A stretch of 54,326 nt of DNA from Candidatus Limnocylindrales bacterium (GTDB taxonomy: Bacteria; Chloroflexota; Limnocylindria; Limnocylindrales; CSP1-4): positions 1 through 54,326 of the forward strand of contig JBKJOK010000184.1 in assembly GCA_046595595.1 (NCBI GenBank), given 5' to 3'. Positions 1-11,027 of this stretch are shown here, one piece after another. The notes beneath the pieces were generated by a model. That model saw only the letters and a list, made by a program, of their open reading frames with translations. It ran no database searches and was not told where the DNA came from. Both the position numbers and the translations under genes were made by a program. Position 1 is the first letter of the stretch, and each line of letters opens with the position of its first letter.

Positions 1-137
1 CGGGCCGTCTCGATCTCGGCGTTGATGATCGGGACGAGGTTCGCGCCGCCGTGGACCGACAGGCCGCCCGAAGGGTCGGCGAAGTCGTTCTGGAGGTCGA
101 CGATCACGAGGGCCGTCCGGCGGTCGTAGCGCTGCAT
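1..137 (-). CDS. isochorismatase-family hydrolase, nicotinamidase-like (N-terminal fragment; the gene runs off the window start)
   Basis: Reverse-strand ATG at 137. Translation MQRYDRRTALVIVDLQNDFADPSGGLSVHGGANLVPIINAEIETA carries the LIVVDxQNDF...GxL N-terminal signature of nicotinamidase/isochorismatase hydrolases. Absent from the ORF track because it is truncated. Confidence 0.6.
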   Translation of the reverse strand, partial: MQRYDRRTALVIVDLQNDFADPSGGLSVHGGANLVPIINAEIETA

Positions 138-241
138 CCGCCTACGCTAGCAAACGGCGACGGCGGCGCCCACGTGGGACGCCGCCGTTGCGCTGGGGAT
201 GCGATCCGAATCGGCACGAGGAGCGCCGATTCGGAGGTTGG

Positions 242-655
242 TCAGACGCTGGGCTCGCGCCGGAAGATGCCGACCGCGGCGAGGATCAGGGCCTCGAGGA
301 TCGTCCAGCCGACGAGGGCGAGGACGGCCGCGAGGTCGAAGATCGACCCGCCGGTGGTCAGGGCGTTCGTCCGGAGGATGCCCTCGAACGGGCCGACGAA
401 GATCTGGCTCGTATTCAGGATGAACGCGACCAGGTCGTTGCCTTCGCGGGCGTCGAGCAGGAGCAGGACGATCCGGGCGATGATGAACACTTGGACGATT
501 CCGAACAGGAGGATCACGACGCGGCCGGCCATCTCGCCGCCGCTCGGGGTCCGCGTGACGCGACGCTGGACGACGGTCGAGCCGCCGGTGGTCACGCCTG
601 GCGAGGCGACGACGCCGGGATCGTCTTCACGCACCGTGCGCTCTTCGTAGGTCAT
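242..655 (-). CDS. YggT-family small membrane protein with a soluble N-terminal extension
   Basis: Part of ORF 242..781. Hydrophobic core VVILLFGIVQVFIIARIVLLLLD ... LAAVLALVGWTILEALILAAV resembles YggT. Start chosen at MTYEERTV (ATG 655); ATG 673 is an alternative. Confidence 0.55.
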   Translation of the reverse strand: MTYEERTVREDDPGVVASPGVTTGGSTVVQRRVTRTPSGGEMAGRVVILLFGIVQVFIIARIVLLLLDAREGNDLVAFILNTSQIFVGPFEGILRTNALTTGGSIFDLAAVLALVGWTILEALILAAVGIFRREPSV

Positions 656-852
656 GGCAGTGGTCCCTTCCATCCGATGCCGCCCAGGCGGCGGGAACCG
701 AGCGTACGAAGAGCCGGGCTGCGGACCGACCGGCACAATCCCCGCCGGCCTTGCAACGCCATATCGATCCGCTTCGACCACGAGACGACGGCGACACAGA
801 GCGGCGCCCGTCCTTCGACGGGCGCCGCTCTCGTTGACCTGATCAGGAGCGG

Positions 853-1644
853 TCAGCCGACCGGAGCGGCCGTCTCCTTGCCGTTCTCCTCGACCGCATC
901 ATCACCGACCTCGGCGATCTCATCGGGCGCGTCCTCGGGACCGCCCCCGGCCGTGCCCTCGACGTCGAGGAGGTAGCCGATGCCCTGGAACGTCCGGATC
1001 CGGCCGGGCTCACCGGGCTTCGCGCCCAGCTTGCGGCGGACCCGGCTGATCCAGACCCGGAGGTACTGGAGATCGTCGCGGTACTCGGGGCCCCAGACCT
1101 TGGTCAGGAGCTCGGTGTGGAGGACGACCTTGCCGGGGTGGGTGGCGAGGTGCTGGAGGAGCAGCCATTCGGTGCGCGACAGCTGGACGAGCTCGCCGCC
1201 GCGCCGGACCATGCGCCGCTCCAGGTCGATCTCGACGTCGTCGAAGGCGACCACGCCGGCCCCCGGCTCGACGCCGGTCGAGCGCCGGATGACGGCTCGG
1301 ACGCGGGCCGCCAGCTCGTCGGGGTGGAAGGGCTTGGCGATGTAGTCGTCGGCACCGAGGTCGAGCCCCTTGGCCTTGTCGGCCGTGGCACCCTTGGCGG
1401 TCAGCAGGATGACCGGGACCGGGCGCTGCTCGCGGAGCTGACGCATGACCTCGATCCCGTCGAGATCGGGCATGACGATGTCGAGGAGGACGATGTCGGG
1501 GCGGATCTCCTCGGCCTTGGCGAGAGCGTCCTCGCCGCCGGTCGCGGTGACGACCCGGAAGCCCTCTTCGCTCAGGGCGATCGACACGAGCTTCGTGATC
1601 CGGGGCTCGTCGTCGGCGACGAGGACCAGGGGCTGGGTTCCCAC
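853..1644 (-). CDS. OmpR/PhoB-family response regulator (receiver plus winged-helix) with an acidic C-terminal tail
   Basis: VLVADDEPRI...DIVLLDIVMPDLDG...LLTAKG...DDYIAKPF receiver motifs. Winged-helix LSRTEWLLLQHL...YLRVWISRVRRKL...IRTFQGIGY. GTG start at 1644 preceded by AGAGAGG. The upstream part of ORF 853..2043 is Arg/Ser-rich and looks non-coding. Confidence 0.9.
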   Translation of the reverse strand: MGTQPLVLVADDEPRITKLVSIALSEEGFRVVTATGGEDALAKAEEIRPDIVLLDIVMPDLDGIEVMRQLREQRPVPVILLTAKGATADKAKGLDLGADDYIAKPFHPDELAARVRAVIRRSTGVEPGAGVVAFDDVEIDLERRMVRRGGELVQLSRTEWLLLQHLATHPGKVVLHTELLTKVWGPEYRDDLQYLRVWISRVRRKLGAKPGEPGRIRTFQGIGYLLDVEGTAGGGPEDAPDEIAEVGDDAVEENGKETAAPVG

Positions 1645-1793
1645 GCAACACCTCTCTTGGCTGATCGACTGACCTGATGGTGACGGTTCGGCGGGTTCGT
1701 CGTTCAATCGGGGCTCGGCGCGTTCGGTCGATGCGCGTCGCCTGCTGGCTGCGAGCCTGCGGCCGAGTTCGTTCCGGCAACTCGACAGCGACA

Positions 1794-1821
1794 TTGCAGA
1801 ACCCTTGCATGGGCATATCAA
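1794..1821 (+). promoter_or_regulatory. possible sigma70-like promoter for the DUF2255 gene (TTGCAG-N16-TATCAA)
   Basis: TTGCAG at 1794-1799 and TATCAA at 1816-1821, about 70 nt upstream of ATG 1892. Read by eye only. Confidence 0.3.
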
Positions 1822-1891
1822 TTCCGGCCGGTCGAGCTCGCCGGAGGCTCGGTCCGTCCCTGTCCCGAGGGGATCGGCTACGCTTTCGGCG

Positions 1892-2257
1892 ATGAGCTTT
1901 GCCACCGACGACCTCGCCCGGATCGATGCCGCGCAGGAGGTCGAGATCGAGACCCAGGCTCCCGACGGGCCGGTCCACCGGACGATCATCTGGGCCGTCG
2001 TCGACGACGCCGAGGTCCTGATCCGGTCGTATCGGGGAGCCACCGCTCGCTGGTATCGGGAGGCCCTCGCGAATCCCGCGGTCGCCCTCTACGTGGACGG
2101 CCGGCGGCTGGCCGCGACCGCGATCCCGGCCACCGACCCTGACGCGATCGAGCGGACCTCCGCCGGCTTCCGGGCCAAGTACGCGGCCGACCCCGCCACC
2201 GATGCGATGGTCGCCGACGACGTCCTCGCCACGACCCTCCGACTCGAACCGACCTGA
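1892..2257 (+). CDS. DUF2255-family protein
   Basis: VEIETQAPDGPVHRTIIWAVVDDAEVLIRSYRGATARWYREAL matches the DUF2255 pattern (VEI..R..DG....vtIWvV.vgd.lyvRS..G....WYR.A). ATG at 1892 within ORF 1805..2257. Confidence 0.6.
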   Translation: MSFATDDLARIDAAQEVEIETQAPDGPVHRTIIWAVVDDAEVLIRSYRGATARWYREALANPAVALYVDGRRLAATAIPATDPDAIERTSAGFRAKYAADPATDAMVADDVLATTLRLEPT

Positions 2258-2300
2258 CCGACCCCCCACCGATCGTCATCGGCACCCTTCCGAGGCAGCG

Positions 2301-4982
<2,682 letters not shown>

Positions 4983-5164
4983 GGCCGTCGCTCGAGCGGC
5001 GCGCAGCGCCCGCCCGGCGATGGCCGGCCCTCGTCACGCGGCTGATATGCCGTTCCGCCGCGGCGATGCGCGGTCGCGTCCCGGCAGTCCCTACCGTCGG
5101 GGTTGTTGAACGACGACCGTCGATCTCTCGTCGGTCGCGACCCAGACGCACAGGGAGATTGACG

Positions 5165-5599
5165 ATGTCACACGACGACACGAACGATCTGAACCGCACG
5201 ACCGACAACCGGCCGCTCGACGCAAACGTGGACGCCGGCGCCAGCACCGACGAGCACGGCAACGAGGCCATCGGCGCCGGCGCCGGGGCCCTCGGCGGCG
5301 CGGCCGTCGGCATGGCGGTCGGCGGCCCTCCGGGTGCCCTCATCGGTGGCGCGATCGGCGCCGTCGGTGGCGCGATCGCCGGTGAGAGCACCGAAGGCAA
5401 CGACGAGGCCGGCGCGGCCGCTGGTGGGCTCGGTGGCGGACTCGCCGGCGCGGCCATCGGTGGCGTGATCGCCGGACCTCCCGGTGCGGTCGTCGGTGGC
5501 GCAATCGGCGCCGCGGGCGGCGCGGGCGCCGGCGACAAGGTCGAGGAAGACGCCACGGACTCCGACGGGCTCGATCCGGTCGACCAGTCCCGCGTGTAG
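5165..5599 (+). CDS. glycine-zipper (GxxxG-rich) small protein with acidic termini, stress-protein-like
   Basis: ATG 5165 preceded by CAGGGAG. Two internally duplicated blocks, GGPPGALIGGAIGAVGGAIAGE and AGPPGAVVGGAIGAAGGAGAGD. Part of ORF 4895..5599. Confidence 0.6.
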   Translation: MSHDDTNDLNRTTDNRPLDANVDAGASTDEHGNEAIGAGAGALGGAAVGMAVGGPPGALIGGAIGAVGGAIAGESTEGNDEAGAAAGGLGGGLAGAAIGGVIAGPPGAVVGGAIGAAGGAGAGDKVEEDATDSDGLDPVDQSRV

Positions 5600-5679
5600 C
5601 CCCGTCTGAACCAGCCGCGGCCGCCCGCGGCGCCCGTTTCGACGGAGCCGCGGCCGTTTCATCTCCGCTGGGGGACCCA

Positions 5680-6837
5680 TTGAACCGAACACTCCGAATC
5701 GCCCAGGCCGCACCGCCGTCCGAGCGGGTCCCGCCTGAGGCATATGGTGGAACGGAGCGGGTCGTCTTCGAGCTCGTCAGCGAGCTCGTCCGGCGCGGCC
5801 ACGAGGTCACGACCTTCGCCTCGGGTGACTCCGAGCTGCCGGGAAACCTCGTCCCGACCGTTCCGCGCGCCCTCCGGCCGCTCGGCCATGGCGGCGACAT
5901 CGGCGGCTACCTGATCACGACGATGCTCCAGGTCCTCGATCGGGCCGACGAGTTCGACATCATCCACAGCCACCTCGAGTGGTACTCGCTGGCCCTCCGC
6001 CGGGCGTCGCCCCGGCCGGTGGTCGCCACGTTCCACGGTCGACTCGACCTGCCCTGGTCGCGCGACGCCTTCGCCGACCGGCCCGACGGCATGGTCGCGA
6101 TCAGCGAGTCGCAGGCGTCGGTCCACCCGGACGTCCCGTGGACGATCGTCCACAACGGCCTGACCCTCGAGGCCTCGCCGTTCGAGCGGCGCCGGACCGA
6201 CGCCCTCGTCTTCGTCGGTCGGGTCACCCCGGAGAAGGGGATCGTCGAGGCCATCGACATCGCCGAGCGCGCCGGGCGGCCGCTGAAGATCGCGGCCAAG
6301 GTCGGGCCGACGCCCAAGGAACAGGACTTCAACGAGCAGGTCTTCCAGCCGGCGCTGAAGGCCGCCGGGTCGCGGGTCGAGTTCCTCGGCGAGCTGTCGG
6401 GCGCCGATCGCGATGCCCTGTTCGCCGAGAGCCACGCGGTCCTGATGCCGGGCTCATGGCCCGAGCCGTTCGGGCTGGTCGCGATCGAGGCGCTGGCTTG
6501 CGGCACGCCGGTCGTGGCGCGCCGGGTCGGCGGCCTCGACGAGATCATCCGCGAGGGGATCGACGGCTTCTTCGGCGACGACGTCACCGAGATGTCGTTC
6601 CTTGTCGAGGCGGTCGCGGACCTGGACCGGGAGGCGATCCGGGCATCGGTCGTGGACCGGTTCTCGGCAACCCGGATGGCCGATGGGTATGAGGCGCTCT
6701 ATGCCCGGATGCTCGGCCGGGAAGGCGAGGGCGAGGGCCACGGAGCGGGCGGCGGATTGACCGGCCCGAGCCTCGTCAGCGTGCCGGCCGTTCGCGTTGA
6801 ATCCGACGAGCACATCTCCGCGGCGACGCCCGCCTGA
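5680..6837 (+). CDS. GT4-family glycosyltransferase
   Basis: N-terminal YGGTERVVFELVSELVRRGHEVT and C-terminal GRVTPEKG ... EPFGLVAIEALACGTPVVA ... E..DG (GT-B/GT4 EX7E region). Confidence 0.85.
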   Translation: MNRTLRIAQAAPPSERVPPEAYGGTERVVFELVSELVRRGHEVTTFASGDSELPGNLVPTVPRALRPLGHGGDIGGYLITTMLQVLDRADEFDIIHSHLEWYSLALRRASPRPVVATFHGRLDLPWSRDAFADRPDGMVAISESQASVHPDVPWTIVHNGLTLEASPFERRRTDALVFVGRVTPEKGIVEAIDIAERAGRPLKIAAKVGPTPKEQDFNEQVFQPALKAAGSRVEFLGELSGADRDALFAESHAVLMPGSWPEPFGLVAIEALACGTPVVARRVGGLDEIIREGIDGFFGDDVTEMSFLVEAVADLDREAIRASVVDRFSATRMADGYEALYARMLGREGEGEGHGAGGGLTGPSLVSVPAVRVESDEHISAATPA

Positions 6838-6948
6838 CCCGTCCCGTGCGGCGACTGCGACCCGCGTATTCGCCTCCGTCGCGGGCCCGCCGTCAGACGC
6901 TACCCCGATGCGCACCAGCCTCGCGAATCACTCGAGTCCGCGGCATAT

Positions 6949-7257
6949 GCACCGCCAGCGAGGCGTATGGCGACAATGCGGCGGGATTCGGAGCCGACGA
7001 GCGAGCTGACGCCACCCACCGGAGCGTATGGCGAAGTTCGGCCGGGCTCGGGCTTGCCGCACCGGCCAACTCCGTCCCGTGCCGGGGTCAACGTGTCGCC
7101 ATCCGCCACCCCGGTGCGCACTGGCCATGAACCGCACTCGGATCCGCGTCACTTGCGTCGCCGGCGAGGCGGATGGCAACGATCGGGCATGAATCGGAGC
7201 CCAAGGGCAGGCTAACGCCACCCACCTGAGCAAATGGCGAGATTCGGGCCGGCTCTC
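6949..7257. repeat. three degenerate direct copies (~44 bp) of a terminus-like repeat (CGCCA..GAGCGTATGGCGA..TTCGG..CCGG)
   Basis: Copies at 6949-6991, 7008-7051 and 7214-7257. The second and third copies align at about 36 of 44 positions by eye. They resemble the termini of the elements at 44171-44330 and 48477-48639. Confidence 0.6.
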
Positions 7258-7291
7258 CGGGTCACGCGACGAACCCGCCGAGCCGCCGCGA

Positions 7292-8482
7292 TCACGCCCG
7301 GGCCATCACCCGCCGGAGGAGCAGCCAGGCGCCAAGGATGTAGCCGGCCGACAGCCCGCCCAGGACCCAGATCTGCCAGACGGCGACGGTGCCACCGCGA
7401 AACATGAAGTCGCCCAGGAGGCGGATCCCGCTGGCCACGGGCAGGGCGTAGATCATCGACCGGACCGGCTCGCTGAACTCGCTGATCGCGAGCACGAAGC
7501 CCGAGAAGAACACCGACGCGAGCAGGACGAGCAGCGACAGCTGGACCGTCTGCGGCTCCGAGTCGGAGACCGCCGCGATGAGCAGCCCGAGCCCGAGTGA
7601 CGACGCGATCAGGAGCAGGATGACAAGCCCGATCCAACCCGGCTGGGCGAGCATCGGCACCCCGAGGCCGAAGACCAGGAGCGCGATCGTGACGAGCGCG
7701 ACCGCACCGGCGAACAGGCCGTAGGCGACGAGCTTGCCCGTCACGAGCTCGGCGGTCGTGATCGGCGAGATCCGGAACAGCTCGAACAGGCCACTGTTCT
7801 TCTCGCGGACCACCGACAGCGCGATCAGCGTGATGGCCATGTGCTGGAGGATCAGGGCAAGCACCGCCGGACCGAAGAACTGGACGACGGTCGGTGCCGA
7901 CTGGGCGACGTTCTCGAGGATCGCCTCGGTCGGCGCTGCGATGACCTCGGGCGGGATCCGGGCGGCATCCGGGGCGCCCTGGTCGATCGCGTAGCCCTGG
8001 CCCTCGGCCACCGCTCGGGCGATGATCTGGCGGTTCAAGGCCGCCTCGAGGCCTCGGGCGAGGAAGATCGCATAGGTCCGCTGGACGGGATCGGTCAGGT
8101 TGACCCGGACATCGATCTCCGTCCGCTTGCCGGCCTCGAAGTTGGACTGGAGGTCGGCCGGCGCCACGAGGACGACATCGACCTCCTGGTTGGCGAGACG
8201 GGCCATCGAGGTCGCCTCGTCCTCGGTCACAGCGTCGATCCGGAGGCCCTCGCCGGCCACGTCCTGGTACGTCTGCGGATCGGTCGGGAGGTTCGTTCCG
8301 GCCGGGATCACGACGATCGTTTCGAGCGGCCGGCGGAACCCGCTGTAGCCCACACCGAACAGGGCCATGATCAGGAACGGCCCGAGCACGAGGCTGAGCA
8401 GGGCGCCCGGCCGGCGCAGGATGGAGACCAGCTCCTTGCCGACGATCGCGAGGATCCGGGTCAGCGTCTTGAACGGGCTCAT
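7292..8482 (-). CDS. ABC-2 type transporter permease with a large extracytoplasmic loop
   Basis: N-terminal TM (LLSLVLGPFLIMALFGV), a soluble loop of about 150 aa, then 5 C-terminal TM segments. ATGA overlap with the upstream ATPase gene. Confidence 0.85.
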   Translation of the reverse strand: MSPFKTLTRILAIVGKELVSILRRPGALLSLVLGPFLIMALFGVGYSGFRRPLETIVVIPAGTNLPTDPQTYQDVAGEGLRIDAVTEDEATSMARLANQEVDVVLVAPADLQSNFEAGKRTEIDVRVNLTDPVQRTYAIFLARGLEAALNRQIIARAVAEGQGYAIDQGAPDAARIPPEVIAAPTEAILENVAQSAPTVVQFFGPAVLALILQHMAITLIALSVVREKNSGLFELFRISPITTAELVTGKLVAYGLFAGAVALVTIALLVFGLGVPMLAQPGWIGLVILLLIASSLGLGLLIAAVSDSEPQTVQLSLLVLLASVFFSGFVLAISEFSEPVRSMIYALPVASGIRLLGDFMFRGGTVAVWQIWVLGGLSAGYILGAWLLLRRVMARA

Positions 8483-9609
8483 GCCGCCGCCTCCTGGCCA
8501 TCGCCGCCGCGGTCACCGGCCGCGACCGTGGCCGCGCGGGCGGCACGCTCGCGCTCGTGGTGGGCCACGAGGATCGCGAAGATCTCGTCGAACGAGAGGC
8601 GGTGCTCGCGGGCGGAGGTGACCTCGACGCCCGAGGCCTTGATCTTCTCGACGACCGACGGCAGGGCGCTGCCGGCATCTTGGACGACGACCCGGAAATG
8701 GCGCGGGCCGTCCTGGTTGATCTCGCGGACGCCGTCCAGCCCGGCGAGGGCCGAGCCGTCGAACAGGGCCGACGTCTCGATGTCGAGCAGGTCGCCGTGG
8801 GTCGCCAGGCGGCGCAGCTCGTCGGGTGGGGCGAGGGCGACGATCTCGCCGCCGACGATCATCGCGACCGCGTCGCACTCGTCGGCTTCGCTGACGTGCT
8901 GGGTGGTGACCAGGAGCGTGCGACCGCTGTCGCGCAGGCGGTGGAGCTCCTCCCAGATCGTGCCCCGGAGGAGGGGATCGATGCCCGCGGTGGGTTCGTC
9001 GAGGATGATCAGCTCGGGCTCGTGGACGAGGGCGCAGGCCAGCTCGAGGCGGCGCTGCATCCCGCCCGAGAGGCGTCCTGCCTGGCGACCACGCGCGTCC
9101 CACAGGTCGACGATGTGGAGGACCTCCTTCACGCGGCGTCGGCGGCGTCGCCAGAGCATCCCGAACAAGCTGGCCACGAAGTCGATGTTCTCGCCGGCGG
9201 TCAGGTCTTCGTAGAGCGTGAACTGCTGGGGCATGTAGCCGATCCGCTCGCGGTCAGAGCGCCGGAACTTGCGCGGGTCGCGACCCAGGACCGACACGTC
9301 GCCGGACGTCGGCGCGAGGGCGCCGGTGAGCATCCGGATCGTGGTCGTCTTGCCGGCCCCGGACGGACCGATGATGCCGAGTATCGTGCCCCGCGGAACG
9401 GCCAGATTCACGCCGCTCAGGACGACCCGGTCCTCGAAGCGGCGACTGACGCCGCGCATGGCGACGATGAGGTCGGGGTCGTCGAAGCGGACGTCGGAGG
9501 TCGGCGCGGCGCCGGGCTCGGCGCCGGGCTCGACGGCGGCCTGGATCGGCTCGGCGGTCGGCTCGCCAGCGCTTGGGATCGGCTCGATCGGACGGGGATC
9601 GGGAGCCAT
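8479..9609 (-). CDS. ABC transporter ATP-binding protein with a Pro/Glu-rich N-terminal leader and a C-terminal extension
   Basis: Walker A GPSGAGKTT, signature LSGGMQRRL, Walker B LIILDEPTAGIDP. ATG 9609 preceded by AGGAGG. The upstream part of ORF 8479..9774 looks non-coding. Confidence 0.9.
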   Translation of the reverse strand: MAPDPRPIEPIPSAGEPTAEPIQAAVEPGAEPGAAPTSDVRFDDPDLIVAMRGVSRRFEDRVVLSGVNLAVPRGTILGIIGPSGAGKTTTIRMLTGALAPTSGDVSVLGRDPRKFRRSDRERIGYMPQQFTLYEDLTAGENIDFVASLFGMLWRRRRRRVKEVLHIVDLWDARGRQAGRLSGGMQRRLELACALVHEPELIILDEPTAGIDPLLRGTIWEELHRLRDSGRTLLVTTQHVSEADECDAVAMIVGGEIVALAPPDELRRLATHGDLLDIETSALFDGSALAGLDGVREINQDGPRHFRVVVQDAGSALPSVVEKIKASGVEVTSAREHRLSFDEIFAILVAHHERERAARAATVAAGDRGGDGQEAAA

Positions 9610-9854
9610 GCGTCCTCCTGGGGGTCGGGCGGCGGCTGGGGGTCGGTGCGGCTCGTTGCCGCCTGGGCAGGCGGAGTGTGGCGAGCCAGCCATCCCGTCG
9701 GCGTATGCGCGGCCACCCGCCACGCTACGAACGCATGACGACGACCGGTCGGCGGGCTGCAATGCGGCTGGCATCGCTCGGTCCCGCCCACCGCGCGTGG
9801 CCGCTACGGCCGATCGGCCAGTCTCGGGTCGATGAGCACCGTCGTCCGCCGCCG

Positions 9855-11024
9855 ATGAGCACGACTCCGACCACGACCCCCGGCGGCGGCCTGCGCCACA
9901 GCAGCGACGACCGGCCCGGTCTCACCCGGCGCAGATCCGGGACGGGCTTCACGTACCGCGACGCGGACGGCGCCACGATCCGCGATGACGAAGTCCTCGA
10001 CCGGATCCGTCGGCTCGCGATCCCACCGGCCTGGACTGACGTCTGGATCTGCCCGTGGCCCAACGGCCATCTCCAGGCCTGCGGCCGCGACGCGCGCGGC
10101 CGCAAGCAGTATCGCTACCACGCTCGCTACCGCGCGCGGCGTGAGGATGCCAAGTTCGAACGGCTCATCGCGTTCGCGAAGGCCCTGCCGGCGCTCCGCG
10201 AGCATGTGGAGCGCGACCTTGGTCGGACGGGGCTGCCGCGCGAGAAGGTCGTGGCGGCGGTCGTGCGACTGCTCGAGCTGACCCTGATCCGGGTCGGCAA
10301 CGACGAATACGCCCGGCTCAACCGCTCGTTCGGGCTGACGACCCTGCGTGACCGCCACGCCCGGGTGGACGGGACCGCGATCACGTTCCGCTTCCGCGGC
10401 AAGTCCGGCAAGGATCACGAGGTCGGCCTGCGCGATCGGCGGCTCGCCTCGGTCGTCCGGCGCTGCCGCGACCTGCCCGGACAGGAGCTGTTCCAGTACG
10501 TCGATGGCGAGGGCCGGCCACAGGACGTCGCGTCCGACGACGTGAACGCCTACCTCGGCCGGATCGCGCCCGGGATCACCGCCAAGGAGTTCAGGACGTG
10601 GGCCGGGACCGTCCTCGCCTACCGCGCGTTGCGGGCTCTCGGCAAGGGCTCGACGGACCGCGAGAAGCAGAGCAACGTGAACGCGGCCATCCAGGCCACG
10701 GCCGACAACCTCGGCAACACGGCGGCCGTCGCGCGTCAGGCCTACGTCCACCCGGCCGTCGTCGACGCCTATTTCGACGGGCGGATCCGGGCCGCCCTCG
10801 TCCACGCCGCCGAGGACACCGACGAGGCGCCCGGCGCGACGAACGCCGACGAGGAGCGGGCGGTGATCGCCCTCCTCCGGGCGCGGATGCGAGAGGATGC
10901 CGGTCGTATGACCTCCCGGCGACCCGGACCGGCCGAGACGGGAAGTCCGGCCACGAGCCGGTCAGCGGCGGCCCGGCCGGCCAAACGCTCCACGACGGCC
11001 GACCGAGCTCGATCGGCGGGCTGA
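9855..11024 (+). CDS. DNA topoisomerase IB (bacterial, poxvirus-like type)
   Basis: IPPAWTDVWICP...GRDARGRKQYRYH...FRFRGKSGKDHEV...TAKEFRTWAGT...LGNTAAVARQAYVHP carries the catalytic pentad context, including the SYvHP-type tyrosine. ATG 9855 within ORF 9573..11024. Confidence 0.85.
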   Translation: MSTTPTTTPGGGLRHSSDDRPGLTRRRSGTGFTYRDADGATIRDDEVLDRIRRLAIPPAWTDVWICPWPNGHLQACGRDARGRKQYRYHARYRARREDAKFERLIAFAKALPALREHVERDLGRTGLPREKVVAAVVRLLELTLIRVGNDEYARLNRSFGLTTLRDRHARVDGTAITFRFRGKSGKDHEVGLRDRRLASVVRRCRDLPGQELFQYVDGEGRPQDVASDDVNAYLGRIAPGITAKEFRTWAGTVLAYRALRALGKGSTDREKQSNVNAAIQATADNLGNTAAVARQAYVHPAVVDAYFDGRIRAALVHAAEDTDEAPGATNADEERAVIALLRARMREDAGRMTSRRPGPAETGSPATSRSAAARPAKRSTTADRARSAG

Positions 11025-11027
11025 CCG

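Noticed and set aside
1788-1799. The CATTGCAG octamer recurs in intergenic DNA (1792-1799 and 14894-14901, and reversed at about 9758-9765; related GCATTGCA at about 16650 and 26481).
   Set aside because: There are only three exact hits. Expected chance occurrence of one AT-containing 8-mer on both strands of this window is close to one, and the flanks do not align. It may just be -35-like TTGCA promoter hexamers. I cannot support it as a motif without a genome-wide count.
1010-2269. Long alternative-frame or antisense ORFs throughout the track, including 1010..2269, 3168..4862, 7212..8678, 10962..12266, 24248..26428, 31361..33250, 34234..35802, 40329..42266, 41902..44244, 49183..51078 and 51054..52631.
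   Set aside because: Their translations are dominated by Arg, Pro, Gly and Ala with no recognisable motifs. Each lies entirely over an ORF in another frame that has clear family signatures and high GC3. This is the expected stop-codon-poor artefact of ~70% GC DNA.
6949-7257. CRISPR-like array, given three direct repeats in a gene-free region.
   Set aside because: The repeats are degenerate (about 80% identity) and about 44 bp long. Spacing is irregular (about 59 and 206 bp, start to start), and there are no cas genes. This is not CRISPR architecture.
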